DNA from: a virus
IMG/VR virus record: IMGVR_UViG_3300032050_010539
Length of the DNA: 64,000 bases
Strand: one strand, 5' to 3'
Part shown: one piece after another, positions 1 to 10,821 of the stretch
Layout: each line of letters opens with the position of its first letter
Numbering within the stretch: the stretch's first letter is position 1
The notes under the pieces: model-generated
Seen by the model: only the letters and a program-made list of their open reading frames with translations
Told to the model about the DNA's origin: nothing
Databases searched by the model: none
Translations under genes and position numbers: made by a program

Positions 1-1416
1 GTGCAGGTAGTGCTATCGTGTCAAGATCGTATGAGGCTACTACACAACACACGTGTTCTATCTAACCCAGATACCTTATTCAGTGCCCCCACACCAGAAC
101 AGAAGGGCGATAGAGCCCTCATACTGCGTAAGATACTGAACTTTGCAGTAGGTTACTCCCCTATTGAAACAGAGAGCGGCCCGCAGGTAGCCAGCTGCTG
201 GAAGGAGTTCAAGGAGGGTATGACTGTACGCGGCTACGACATAGGAGCAGATGGTAAGATAGAATACTTATTCGCTAATAAACTAATAGCCGGAGATGCG
301 AGTAATTCTGAGGTTAAGATTATACAGGACATGAATAAGCTTACGCCAGGCGAAGAGCTAGTAGATGCGCCGCGTTGGACACGGGCTGCTATGTTCACGC
401 CTATGAGCCCAGGAGGTAACCCCCGTACTCATATATGGTTACAGCGCCCGCCTATCGAGCAGGGACAGAACCGCGGGGTATTCAACTTCATTAATGAGAG
501 CCCCGCTGATATAATACAAGCAGCGTTTCTACTCAAGGAGGAGCGCGTAGTAGACGCCTCATTCAGCCATATCAATGGTGATTTTATAATAGCGCCTAAT
601 AGCGGCGATACTAGTGGCTTCCAAGATCCCAATAGGCTGTATAGAACCTATTTCTTCCGCAGCCTACCGGCGGGTCTTAACATATGTCCTGATGAGAGAC
701 AGCGCATACTCTCCATGCGGGTAGTAAGTAGTAGTATAGCCACAACTAACCGCTTTATAGTAACTGATGATGGAGGTAATGGCGCATCTGATTCATTCAA
801 TGATGCCATCGAGGTTACATTACAGGCCACGCCCTATAAGTACGCTAATAGAAATCCTCCTATTGCATGTAGGGCCACTGTCGTTGAGGATAAGAACCTA
901 AGCGCCTATACTGACGCAGGCATCAGTAAAGAGACAGGGGCTTTATTAGTTGGTTTAGGTATGGCCCGCCGTACCAGTAGAGATATTAGCACGATACAAA
1001 TCACGATAGTAGGGGACCCCACCTGGTATCCGAATGAGATGTTTCAGGTGTATAATACATTAATACACGATAGGCAGATTATATCAGCATATGATTCTAT
1101 AGCAGAGGAGAGTGCTATGCACGCTACTAAGAAGGAGTTGAGTAATCTATCAGCGCGCATGCGAGAGCACGTAGCAAGTAGCCCCTCGGCGCGGGCCGTG
1201 CCCTTTCCTGATGGCAGTGATATACTAACACGGTACGTAGGTGCCCACGTCAATGCCACTGATGATAACTATGCTGATCCTAATAGTGGCCGCATAGTCA
1301 GCAATGTAGACGCTAATCTAGCTAACGCGGTACTACCGAAGTACAAGGTACGCTCGATTCGTCATAAGTTAACACACAGAGATTACACTACTACTATTCA
1401 AGGAAGCGCTGATTAA
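1..1416 (+). CDS. Baseplate hub / tail protein (gpD/gp27-like), 5'-partial
   Basis: C-terminal IQITIVGDPTWYPNEMFQV...KYKVRSIRHKLTHRDYTTTIQG resembles the hub family C-terminus. It lies directly upstream of a spike-like gene. The ORF is open at the window edge. Confidence 0.6.
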   Translation: MQVVLSCQDRMRLLHNTRVLSNPDTLFSAPTPEQKGDRALILRKILNFAVGYSPIETESGPQVASCWKEFKEGMTVRGYDIGADGKIEYLFANKLIAGDASNSEVKIIQDMNKLTPGEELVDAPRWTRAAMFTPMSPGGNPRTHIWLQRPPIEQGQNRGVFNFINESPADIIQAAFLLKEERVVDASFSHINGDFIIAPNSGDTSGFQDPNRLYRTYFFRSLPAGLNICPDERQRILSMRVVSSSIATTNRFIVTDDGGNGASDSFNDAIEVTLQATPYKYANRNPPIACRATVVEDKNLSAYTDAGISKETGALLVGLGMARRTSRDISTIQITIVGDPTWYPNEMFQVYNTLIHDRQIISAYDSIAEESAMHATKKELSNLSARMREHVASSPSARAVPFPDGSDILTRYVGAHVNATDDNYADPNSGRIVSNVDANLANAVLPKYKVRSIRHKLTHRDYTTTIQGSAD

Positions 1417-2981
1417 TGTTTGCTAATAATAATGGTGGCCTATACTCTGAGCCCTATTCCCATAAGTACAGTAAGAGCCAGTGGGGCATACAGCGCGGCA
1501 TAGTCCATAATATCACTAGGGAGGGCCGCCTAGGTAATTTCTGCTCGGTGCGCCTATTGAAGGGTATGATCCTGGATAACGTTAGGATGAGCGGCCCCTT
1601 TGGTCATAATGGGCTAGGCGTATACAACCCACTCGAGATAGGACAGCCAGTCCTAGTGGGCTTCAATGATGGGAAGATGGAGGATGCCTTCATCATAGGC
1701 GGATATACATCAGAGGGTAACTACGATAAGTTATACGTAGATGGTGATTTACAGAAGCCTAATCAGCGCGGCCCCGAGGGTCAGACATTCAACCAACCAC
1801 TAGGGCATCCTAATCGCATAACGCAGCCCAATGCCTTCTTCCACGTAACAGGCATCAATTCACTAGATACGGCGTATGATAGCCCTGATTACGGTTCACT
1901 AGCAGAGGCCTATGATAGACAACCCCGCCCCGGTGTTATAGAGATACGCAATGACGAAGGCACCCGCTCTCTCTATACAAGCGGAGAGAATATACTATTC
2001 AGTGATAGTAACATCTACCTGGTAGCTAACGGCGACCGCCGCAGCAGTGTCAATCACCTCCTGCAGCTATCAGCACGACACTGCGCCCGGGCGGATGGAC
2101 TAGAGAGAATGCAGGGTATCAAGCCTACATCGGCTACCACGAAGTCACTGCCTAGCGGCATAACACCTATGGTAACGGGGCAGGAGGAGGAGTCTGTATC
2201 TACGACTACTGCTATAACAGTTTCCTATCGTATACAAGAGGAGAGGCGGTTATGTCAGGCCTACCTAGAGGCTAGCCGCCAGAATTTACAACGACAGGCT
2301 GAGGGCATAGCGCGCGTTGAGGATAGTGCACAAGACATACCTACACAGAGGGAGCCTGAGGTATCTGATACATATAATGAAAGCCGTAAGAATGATAAGG
2401 ACTGGCAGAGTGCTACTAATAAGGAGCCTACTCGCTGGTTCATAACAGCCGGCCACCGCGACGGTGTATCAGGTACTAGTGGAGCTGCTGGCACACCTCT
2501 ACCCCAGGCCCCAGGTCAGTCGGCGGAGAGTTGGATGAATGAACAGGTTGTCAAGATAATGGAAAGACTAGCCCCCTCTTACGGTCTCCAACTATCTATA
2601 TTCTTACCACCAATAGGTACCTCCTGGCAATCAGTGTTAGATAGAGCCGTGCAGGAGAAGGCCAATGGCGCGGGTGTTCTAGAGATACACTTCGACGCAG
2701 GTGCGGCAGGAGAGTATAGGGGTTCCACTGGCGTCATACCTAGCCGTAAGGAAATACTACCATACGAGGATAGACTAGCTCAAACATTTGGCGCCTTCAC
2801 CAGAAATCACCGCAACGGCTTATACGGGCCCAATAGAGGAGTACCGCTAGTTGAGGTAGGAATATTAAATGCGCAGGTAGAGGCTCTAATGAGAGGAAAT
2901 GATACAGCAGCACAAAATGCCTATTTTGAAGAGAAGGCCCGTGCTGTTTTACAATCCCTGAAGGGGGGGGCACCAATATAA
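1416..2981 (+). CDS. Baseplate spike-like protein (gp5/gpV OB-fold) fused to N-acetylmuramoyl-L-alanine amidase
   Basis: N-terminal PLEIGQPVLVGFNDGKMEDAFIIGG is a gpV/gp5 OB motif. C-terminal Amidase_3 zinc motifs are present: ITAGH, E, LEIHFDA, LVEVG. Confidence 0.75.
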   Translation: MFANNNGGLYSEPYSHKYSKSQWGIQRGIVHNITREGRLGNFCSVRLLKGMILDNVRMSGPFGHNGLGVYNPLEIGQPVLVGFNDGKMEDAFIIGGYTSEGNYDKLYVDGDLQKPNQRGPEGQTFNQPLGHPNRITQPNAFFHVTGINSLDTAYDSPDYGSLAEAYDRQPRPGVIEIRNDEGTRSLYTSGENILFSDSNIYLVANGDRRSSVNHLLQLSARHCARADGLERMQGIKPTSATTKSLPSGITPMVTGQEEESVSTTTAITVSYRIQEERRLCQAYLEASRQNLQRQAEGIARVEDSAQDIPTQREPEVSDTYNESRKNDKDWQSATNKEPTRWFITAGHRDGVSGTSGAAGTPLPQAPGQSAESWMNEQVVKIMERLAPSYGLQLSIFLPPIGTSWQSVLDRAVQEKANGAGVLEIHFDAGAAGEYRGSTGVIPSRKEILPYEDRLAQTFGAFTRNHRNGLYGPNRGVPLVEVGILNAQVEALMRGNDTAAQNAYFEEKARAVLQSLKGGAPI

Positions 2982-4159
2982 TGTGGAATAGAGAGAATCT
3001 ACAACCTCTACTGAATAGGCCTGAGTTTAGGGCCCTCCTGGATGTAATCAGTGATGAACAATTTGAGGGGGCCGACTACAATACACTATATGGTGGATCT
3101 ACATTCAGTAGTTACGAGGACCACCCCCGCCAGAGATTTCCAATAGGAAATAATGGGAACTACACCACGGCCGCAGGTAGATACCAAATCTTAGATGTGA
3201 CGTGGGATGGTATTAATAGAGAGACTGGAGGAATGCTATCTGACTTCAGCCCTCTGAATCAGGATCTAGCCGTATTATATTTAATACTCGATGAGACTGG
3301 TACTACGGTAGAAGAGGTCATGAGTGGTGACATACTAAGCTACTATAATAAGCTACAGAAACAATGGACTAGTCTACCGGGGGCCTCTGAAGCACGAGGT
3401 GGAGAGAATACGCTAGATACTCTATATAAGCAATATCTAGCCTATAGGCGAGGACAGGGCCCGGCACCATCTACCTTGAGTGGTGGTGGGAGTAATGCCC
3501 CCACCATACCGGGCGATAGTGCTTATTCTAATGAACAGTTAGAGGGTATAGATGGATTTGTTAATGCTACATTCAATCGTACAGGAGAGTTCAAGTGGCC
3601 CTATAACCAACGCGATGCCATTATCCATACAGGTTCCGTACCTCAGGTTAATAGAGCTATGACTAATAATTCTCTATCCTATGGAGCAGGAGCCCCCGGG
3701 TTTCAGTTCAATGAGGTAAGCGCATCAGCAGGTCAGGTAATGCCTGGTAGTCCAGGCTCTGGGGGTGGCATAGTACCCTCTAAGGGACCTCTGACTAGTG
3801 GGTTTGGCTGGCGTTGGGGTAGGATGCACAACGGTATAGATATAGGGGCTCCAATAGGCACACCTATATTAGCCACTATGACAGGCAAGGTGATATCAGT
3901 CGGATTCGAGAATAATGGATTTGGTAATATAGTTAGACTAGAACACGTAGGGGGCAATCAGAGTTGGTACGCGCATATGAGCAAGTTTGCTGTTAAATTG
4001 GGAGACGTAGTACAACAAGGACAAGTAATAGGTGAAGTAGGTAATACTGGCCGTAGCACTGGTCCTCATCTTCACTTTGAGTGGAGAGTAAGATCTGGTA
4101 TAGGTGGGGGTCTGAATGCAGTAGACCCGCGCCTTACCGTATTAAAGGGATTAATATAG
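2981..4159 (+). CDS. Lambda-R-like muramidase fused to M23 metalloendopeptidase
   Basis: Muramidase motifs RALLDVI..E..YNTLYGG, AAGRYQIL, FSPLNQD, WTSLPG. M23 motifs HNGIDIG, YAHM, HLHFE. Confidence 0.88.
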   Translation: MWNRENLQPLLNRPEFRALLDVISDEQFEGADYNTLYGGSTFSSYEDHPRQRFPIGNNGNYTTAAGRYQILDVTWDGINRETGGMLSDFSPLNQDLAVLYLILDETGTTVEEVMSGDILSYYNKLQKQWTSLPGASEARGGENTLDTLYKQYLAYRRGQGPAPSTLSGGGSNAPTIPGDSAYSNEQLEGIDGFVNATFNRTGEFKWPYNQRDAIIHTGSVPQVNRAMTNNSLSYGAGAPGFQFNEVSASAGQVMPGSPGSGGGIVPSKGPLTSGFGWRWGRMHNGIDIGAPIGTPILATMTGKVISVGFENNGFGNIVRLEHVGGNQSWYAHMSKFAVKLGDVVQQGQVIGEVGNTGRSTGPHLHFEWRVRSGIGGGLNAVDPRLTVLKGLI

Positions 4160-4163
4160 ACTA

Positions 4164-4676
4164 ATGAGAACTACTAGTAGGGATGGGGATGAACTAGAGA
4201 GAGCTATAGCCCGCGCGGGCGGTATTAACACTCACGTAAATCAATTCAGGCTCCTAACACAATATACGTACGATGCGGATACCCGTGATGCGCGCGCGGG
4301 CTACGCACTAATAGTAATACTACCCAGGCCCTATTGGTTAGATGCTGTATGGCTACTGAGCGGTATAGAGTTAGTTAGTAGCCCCCGTCGTATGATGCCG
4401 GGCCAGGTACTAGCGCTGAATGCAGCTACTATAGGTGTAAGACTGCCGCAGGCCATACAGATGCGAGTTGATAGTAGAGAGAGGCCCAACGTAAACGCCG
4501 AGGGTCTCGAGGTGCTAATAAGAAAGCGAATGCCTGATACACCACTAATTAACAACTTTATGATGCTAGCTAACTCGGCTAATAAACCGCTAGTGGCAGC
4601 TCAACTAGCGCGCTGGTTCGGCTACTCGGAGGAGTCAGTGCAAAGTATAGTAGGAGCAGTATATCGTGCTAATTAA
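4164..4676 (+). CDS. Hypothetical phage protein
   Basis: 170-aa ORF packed in the operon with phage-type codon usage. Confidence 0.6.
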   Translation: MRTTSRDGDELERAIARAGGINTHVNQFRLLTQYTYDADTRDARAGYALIVILPRPYWLDAVWLLSGIELVSSPRRMMPGQVLALNAATIGVRLPQAIQMRVDSRERPNVNAEGLEVLIRKRMPDTPLINNFMMLANSANKPLVAAQLARWFGYSEESVQSIVGAVYRAN

Positions 4677-5760
4677 CCTAGAGGCCGTACCTCAATTACC
4701 CGGGGCTAATACAGATGCCGTAACACGCATAGATGAAGCGGCTATTAATAATCTATCTATTCTGATAGCCGGCTCTCACGAGAGACTAGCCAGTATCATG
4801 CGTAAGGTGCCGGCCCCTCGTACCCGTCCTACGTGGAGAGATATAACTCGCTCTCTAGAGGAGCAGCTCATACTGTTACTATCACTACCTACCTCGAGTA
4901 ATCTGGACTACACGGTCATTACGCAGCACGCAGATAGATACAGGCGTATAGCGGAGAGGCCTAATTGGCTACCACCCAATGACTATAGTGAAACACTACT
5001 ACTAACTGATAGGCGAGTATGGGGGACCTCTGCTAGTAGCATAGGCTATTACCTACTACTGGGGGGCTATAGAATGCACTATGCCAGCCCCTGTCGTCTA
5101 GTATATGAAGCCACTCGTACTCTATGGAGCATGCAGCCCAATTGGAAGGAGTATTACGCAACGCTAGGAGCAGAGGAACCACTAGATAGCCACCGTTTCT
5201 TCAAGGCATTTCTATGCCAACCCACTGGTATAACTCGCGTAGCCGGCTTCCTGAACGCCATACAGAATATGGAGGCTCCCTATCTAGAACGCTACTGGGT
5301 GGTGCCAGGCGGGCCGGATCTACTATGGGATCTATGGCACGGACAGATAGACCCAGCGTTATTTAATCTCTATGAGGACCTAAGCCAGGATCCACCAGAT
5401 GAGTTACGAGAGTGGTTGATACCTACAGAGCCCGGCCTACTACGGCAGGTAAGCAGCAGTATCATAACTTCATTACCGTATCCAGGTGGCCTCAATACGC
5501 ACCTAGTGACTATGGCAGCATACACGACCAACCTGGCTTACATACATGCTTATAACTCTCCTCGACCCGATGTAGAGGTATATGTTCTCGCTGATGATGC
5601 AGAAAGAACACGCCTAGGACGGGTACGTAATCTACTATATACCGCCTCGCAGTATTTGCGGCGGTCTACGCTAGATCACTGGATAATAATGGGCAATAAC
5701 CTAGCAGCCATATCTGAAATAGATAATCAACGAGGAGCCATACAGGATATAGACCTATGA
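4666..5760 (+). CDS. Hypothetical phage protein
   Basis: 364-aa ORF overlapping both neighbours. Confidence 0.65.
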   Translation: MLINLEAVPQLPGANTDAVTRIDEAAINNLSILIAGSHERLASIMRKVPAPRTRPTWRDITRSLEEQLILLLSLPTSSNLDYTVITQHADRYRRIAERPNWLPPNDYSETLLLTDRRVWGTSASSIGYYLLLGGYRMHYASPCRLVYEATRTLWSMQPNWKEYYATLGAEEPLDSHRFFKAFLCQPTGITRVAGFLNAIQNMEAPYLERYWVVPGGPDLLWDLWHGQIDPALFNLYEDLSQDPPDELREWLIPTEPGLLRQVSSSIITSLPYPGGLNTHLVTMAAYTTNLAYIHAYNSPRPDVEVYVLADDAERTRLGRVRNLLYTASQYLRRSTLDHWIIMGNNLAAISEIDNQRGAIQDIDL

Positions 5761-8700
5761 GTAAAATAGAAGATCAACTACTGAAAGGAGATCTAGAAGC
5801 GGGCCGCAACACTCCTACGCTGGGACCTGCGCTCAATGATCTCAATGAGGTATCTAAGAACACAGCATACCAACAAGCAACACAGACACTAGGGCAGGCA
5901 ACGGCATCTACCACTCCGTTCGAACCTCGCCGCATCAGCTCTCAGATTATAGTAGAGCCCGTGCGGGCAGTAGAGGGGCTATTAGAATTAAGAGACATGA
6001 ACCTACAGGCCAACCAGGTTCTGCGGGAGGGCATAGCGCCTAATACAGAACAAAATATTAATGCTGCAGGTACGGCAGTTAATGGTAATACTGAGCAATC
6101 ACTAGATGGAATCCGTAAGCTCAAGGAGAGCTCACTCCTTAGCGATAGAGCAGAGCTAACTGATATAAGTCAGGGCAATGTCAATATTGCCCCTGCCAAT
6201 AGACTCACGCAGGTAGCTAATAACATACAGCTTGTGAGTGATACTAATATCATGCAACGGGCCCCCTTCATGCAGTCCGTCACCGACAACTATGTAGTGC
6301 AGTCCGGGAACTCCATTAATCACATTAGCGACCACCACTACGCAATGGGTAAGGATAGTACTCGAATTATAGAGGGGGACGACTTACAGCGCTCAGGTAA
6401 TAGACTACGCGTATCAGATAGAAGTGAGACAGTAGCCCAAGTAGATAAGGCTACGGCCCTAGGCGAGATGGAGCGGGTCTCTACTGATTACAAGAGTTAT
6501 GCTACTACACACACTAGCACATCATTAAACGAAATGAAGCTCTATAGCTACGGCGAGATGGTAGCAAGAGCCACTAACGTAGATCTAATAGCAGCCGCAT
6601 CACCTATAGGATCAGAGGCTGCAGACGATAAAGAGGAGCCAGCTGAGATACCAGTGGGCCGCGTTAATATATACTCATCGGTACCAGGAGGCGGTCTATC
6701 AGGTATGACCTTCAGTCCTGAAGGTATGAACTCCTATGCACTGAAGAGTGCCTTCCAGGGCATAACTCACAATCATATAACTGCGGGGCCCAGCATATTC
6801 CAGGGCGCGGGTGCTGTATTCTCCCTAAGCGGAGTTATGACTCTCAATACACTACCGGTTATACCTGATGAGATAGAGTTAAACGTCGATCTCATTCCGC
6901 ACATACCAGAGTTCCCTAAACTACCTGATTTACCTAATGGATGCGGGGCCATACTTGAAAATACAAATACTCCTGATGAACCAACTCAGTCTGATATAGA
7001 GCAGTCTGATCCAGATGGTGACCAAGTACCCACCGAGCCTAATGACTCTACCACTACGCCAGACGCCACTACGCCAGACGCCACTACGCCAGACGCCACT
7101 ACGCCAGGAGGCGATGCTATAGGCTCACTAGGAGAGGATATACAGCGCTCTATATCAGCCTATAAGGCAGCTCCTAAGAACCCAGGTAAGGAGAACATAG
7201 CTAAGAGCGCTACTGATACAGCTAAGAATCCACCAGCGTTGGCAGCAGTAGAGCCGGCCGCAGTATCATCAGTAGCCAGTGATGTATATCTAGAGCGAGA
7301 GGGTGAAACGGTAGAAGAGTTGACTATATCTATCAATACACCCCTTATAGATATAGCGGGGGACGTGCAACTAGATGTACAGGAGGTAGGAGAGGGTCTA
7401 CAACAATTGGGGCTCAGTGTATCTGCCTCTCAGGTAACCACTCTAGTCAATCAGGTACTAACTACCAGTAGAAATAATAGTATAGATCCCATAGCCATGT
7501 TAGAGGGCGGGACCAGTCAGGATCTAGTGCCCGCAGAATTGAAGCAATTGTTTCTTGATTCTCCTTCACTCAAAACTTATATAATCAATGAGGTTAAGGA
7601 CGCCCTATCGCTATTATCTATTGGTCTCCTAGAACTAAGTGATCTAGACAGCACGGCCCGCGGGCTAAGAATAAGTGATAACTCAACAGATCTAGCGCGG
7701 GTATACTCCTTAGTATCACCTGCATTAGACCGGCTATACAAAAGCACAGGTCTTAGCCAATACGTAGACACCACTCAACTAGCGCAGCTGGGAACCTCAC
7801 TATTAAATGGCCAGAAGCTAAATGAGAAGACTATAGAGGCCCTAGTACTTAACTCCGTTAGTCGTAACCTGAGTAGAACACTGGGTGTGAATGGAGCAGC
7901 CTTATCCAATAATGTATATAATTTAGCTAAACGACTGGCCAATGGCGAAGTCGTAGACGTTAATAAGGAGATAACCTCTCTCATGAGTTCATTAGGCACT
8001 ACACTGAACTCTGATTTACTAAAAGATGCTGTGCACTATAAACAACTAGGAGAGAGTATATATAAAAGTGCCGCTACACTAGCCAACAGTATTTCCACCG
8101 GGGACATAGGTAGTATCATACGCGGTGATAGCATCAAACCCCTACTATCAGGAGGGCTAAACCAAATCATAGGTGAGAATAATACAGCTCTCATCAGGGC
8201 AGCAACTGATATAGGTCGCACCGGACTAGCCCTAGGTAAGTCACTGGCATTAATGCCCAGTGTCATAGGCGCGCTAAGCGGTAGCCCTATCCAAAAAATA
8301 GTGCAACTAATAGATATAATCTCTTGTCTAAATATCATAGATCAGGCCCGCGACCTAATCACCGCCGTAGGTAATATCAATACACAGCCTAATAGTAGTC
8401 GACCGGGCCGCTCTGGTACTACTGATACACTAGACACACTGGATACTATATCTCTATTACCGCGTCTAACTCAGTATAACAATACTGTAATTGATCTATA
8501 CGATAACGGAGATGAGGAGTTAAGGCAAGAGATCATCGAATTACTTGAGGGGCCTATTGATGGCGAGGATCCTGTAACTCCCCGAGAGCCATTACCTACT
8601 ACAGTAGAGCTCCTGGAGGGCAGCTGGAGACTAGAGCTAGATGAGAGCTTCCAACTGCCGCGTCTCACACTAGCTCTAGCAGATATACAAATATTATCAA

Positions 8701-9044
8701 TCAATACTAAATTAACGTGGGGCCTAACTAATCCATTATTGTTCTATACTCAGCCAGAGTTACTACCCGGTAGAGAGGACGACTTACAAATAATAGTAGA
8801 TAGCTGGACATACGATAATAGTACTCTATACCCACTGCAAATTGATAATAGCTATACATCCTCAGTGCTAACCTACAGGATAACTGACTATGATTGGGAG
8901 ACTAATGTAGGCCATGCTATATATGATGGTCAGTATAGTTATCTCCGTCTCATCGATGATAGAGGTACTATATACACTATACCCAGTACTGCTATCGGAG
9001 GCCGCCTCATTCCCTTCATCTCATCATCGTACCTAGTGAAATAA
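5757..9044 (+). CDS. Large virion protein with possible gp5-like beta-helix N-terminus and Pro/acidic linker
   Basis: 1095 aa. It has short beta-strand periodicity at about aa 135-360 and a TTPDA repeat linker, and sits in the baseplate module. Confidence 0.5.
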   Translation: MSKIEDQLLKGDLEAGRNTPTLGPALNDLNEVSKNTAYQQATQTLGQATASTTPFEPRRISSQIIVEPVRAVEGLLELRDMNLQANQVLREGIAPNTEQNINAAGTAVNGNTEQSLDGIRKLKESSLLSDRAELTDISQGNVNIAPANRLTQVANNIQLVSDTNIMQRAPFMQSVTDNYVVQSGNSINHISDHHYAMGKDSTRIIEGDDLQRSGNRLRVSDRSETVAQVDKATALGEMERVSTDYKSYATTHTSTSLNEMKLYSYGEMVARATNVDLIAAASPIGSEAADDKEEPAEIPVGRVNIYSSVPGGGLSGMTFSPEGMNSYALKSAFQGITHNHITAGPSIFQGAGAVFSLSGVMTLNTLPVIPDEIELNVDLIPHIPEFPKLPDLPNGCGAILENTNTPDEPTQSDIEQSDPDGDQVPTEPNDSTTTPDATTPDATTPDATTPGGDAIGSLGEDIQRSISAYKAAPKNPGKENIAKSATDTAKNPPALAAVEPAAVSSVASDVYLEREGETVEELTISINTPLIDIAGDVQLDVQEVGEGLQQLGLSVSASQVTTLVNQVLTTSRNNSIDPIAMLEGGTSQDLVPAELKQLFLDSPSLKTYIINEVKDALSLLSIGLLELSDLDSTARGLRISDNSTDLARVYSLVSPALDRLYKSTGLSQYVDTTQLAQLGTSLLNGQKLNEKTIEALVLNSVSRNLSRTLGVNGAALSNNVYNLAKRLANGEVVDVNKEITSLMSSLGTTLNSDLLKDAVHYKQLGESIYKSAATLANSISTGDIGSIIRGDSIKPLLSGGLNQIIGENNTALIRAATDIGRTGLALGKSLALMPSVIGALSGSPIQKIVQLIDIISCLNIIDQARDLITAVGNINTQPNSSRPGRSGTTDTLDTLDTISLLPRLTQYNNTVIDLYDNGDEELRQEIIELLEGPIDGEDPVTPREPLPTTVELLEGSWRLELDESFQLPRLTLALADIQILSINTKLTWGLTNPLLFYTQPELLPGREDDLQIIVDSWTYDNSTLYPLQIDNSYTSSVLTYRITDYDWETNVGHAIYDGQYSYLRLIDDRGTIYTIPSTAIGGRLIPFISSSYLVK
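7051..7106 (+). repeat. 15-bp tandem repeat (CCACTACGCCAGACG x3.7) encoding TTPDA
   Basis: Direct inspection of the sequence. Confidence 0.95.
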
Positions 9045-9394
9045 TGGTAACACCAATAGACGCCCCACAAGTCATACGCTACGGCATAGCGGTATACGCG
9101 CCCCCTCTACTTAACGTAGATAGCCTGACGCTCGAGATTCTCTATAGTGAAAGCCCCAACCCCCGCCTTATACCCCGCTCTACTAGTACGCGCCTATGGA
9201 AACGAGAGAGTGAGCAAGGGGAGAGGGGCACCCTATTCCTATGGAAGAAGGATAATCAATTAACTCGAGGCTACTATACACTTATATTAGAGGCAAATAA
9301 TAGACGAGGCTACTGTTCTATTGCGTTAACGGCGCCCACCGACTACTGGATAGTAGGGCTACCCTATAGTATTTATCCCCCTATAGCTTTATAA
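9044..9394 (+). CDS. Hypothetical phage protein
   Basis: Translationally coupled to the upstream gene (TAATG). Confidence 0.6.
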   Translation: MVTPIDAPQVIRYGIAVYAPPLLNVDSLTLEILYSESPNPRLIPRSTSTRLWKRESEQGERGTLFLWKKDNQLTRGYYTLILEANNRRGYCSIALTAPTDYWIVGLPYSIYPPIAL

Positions 9395-9396
9395 AT

Positions 9397-9774
9397 GTGG
9401 ATATAGCGACGAGAGACGGAGATATACTCCTCAGCACAACTGGCGATCTAATGCTAGTAGACGAAAGAGACTATCTAGTAAGGCGGGCTCTGGAGATTCC
9501 ATTGGGTCACGTAGCTATATGGGTACCTGGTACTAGCGACTTCCGATTAGTTGATGCTGACGTGGGGAATGCCCTTTATAATTATCTATCTGATCCCCTC
9601 AATCTTGACTGGGTAGGTAGGGCTGATATAGCTATAGCCAACGCTCTACGTGCCTTACCATCTGTGTATAGTGTACGCGATGTAGATATCCAGGTAACAG
9701 GCCCGCGCGAGGTACGCATTAACGTTGTGTATAATGATAACCGCTCTCTCACAACTACATTGACGCCTTCGTAA
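9397..9774 (+). CDS. gp25/gpW-like baseplate wedge protein
   Basis: Pattern GDL.LV, G..LY.YL..P, I..AL...P.V..V.DV.I. Small size and position before baseplate J fit this call. Confidence 0.65.
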   Translation: MDIATRDGDILLSTTGDLMLVDERDYLVRRALEIPLGHVAIWVPGTSDFRLVDADVGNALYNYLSDPLNLDWVGRADIAIANALRALPSVYSVRDVDIQVTGPREVRINVVYNDNRSLTTTLTPS

Positions 9775-9840
9775 GCGCTCTCTAGAGCGAGTTCCAATTA
9801 ATCTTAAGCCTTATTAGGGGCAGACATAACAGGTATTTTT

Positions 9841-10821
9841 ATGAATCTAAACACTATATTAAGTACCATCCAGCAAAAACTGCAGGGGACAATACTAAAT
9901 GGTACCATCAGTCCACTCAGTAATCTCTACTTCCTACTACGAGCTATAGCTGCCTGTATAGTAGATTTATACGAGGAGACACGGCCCGTTACTATAATGG
10001 ATGCCACCGATGTAGAGTTAGATGCGATGGCCCTATTATACGGGATAATTAGAAAGGAGGGCACACCAGCTAATGGCTACGCACTAGTGCTGGGCCCGGT
10101 ACCAAAGGGCACTGTTATGCTGACACCTGATAATGTAACTATTATTCTAAATGAGGCCATAAACAATAGTGGTGAGACACGCGTAGCTGTAACAGTAGGG
10201 AAGCCAGGTGAGGCTGTCATACCAGCTGGCACCCCACTGCGCGATCCCGTAACGGGTGCTACTGGCGTAGTGGGTCTATATAGAAACCCGTTCAATGAGG
10301 CCGTAGGTGATATCGTAAATGGCACTGATAGAGAGAGTGACGATGATTTACGCATACGCGTCCTTGAATACCTAGACTTATCAGATAGCAGTAGTCTATC
10401 AGCTCTACGCGCGACTATAATTAACGAGATAAATACACTCAGCCGAATAGTCATAGTTGATTCTGACCCCACGCCCGGTTATATAACTGTTTATACCGAC
10501 GCGAGCGATGAGCGCACATTATTTCAGATAAGTAAGGTTATAGAGAATAATAAGGCAGTAGGCATCGGGTTCAGGGTCAGGACACTACGACCATTCCCGT
10601 ATAATGTACGTGTGGCCGTAGCAGGTAATGTCAACGCGGGTCTAGTTATAAGACAATACTTCAGAAACCTAGCCCCTCTCACTAGCCCATCAGCGAGAGG
10701 TATAGGTCTTGCTCTAGTAAATTCAGGGGCCAGCTCAGCCCGAGTGCTGAGTACATTACCACTCGCACCAGTTGATACTATGCCAGTCCTAGAGAGTGTA
10801 GAGGTGGTTCCAATTGGTTAA
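9841..10821 (+). CDS. Baseplate J-like protein
   Basis: Motifs DAT..ELD..A..YGI.RK.GTPA.G, NGTDRESDDDLRIR and PGYITVY. Confidence 0.88.
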   Translation: MNLNTILSTIQQKLQGTILNGTISPLSNLYFLLRAIAACIVDLYEETRPVTIMDATDVELDAMALLYGIIRKEGTPANGYALVLGPVPKGTVMLTPDNVTIILNEAINNSGETRVAVTVGKPGEAVIPAGTPLRDPVTGATGVVGLYRNPFNEAVGDIVNGTDRESDDDLRIRVLEYLDLSDSSSLSALRATIINEINTLSRIVIVDSDPTPGYITVYTDASDERTLFQISKVIENNKAVGIGFRVRTLRPFPYNVRVAVAGNVNAGLVIRQYFRNLAPLTSPSARGIGLALVNSGASSARVLSTLPLAPVDTMPVLESVEVVPIG

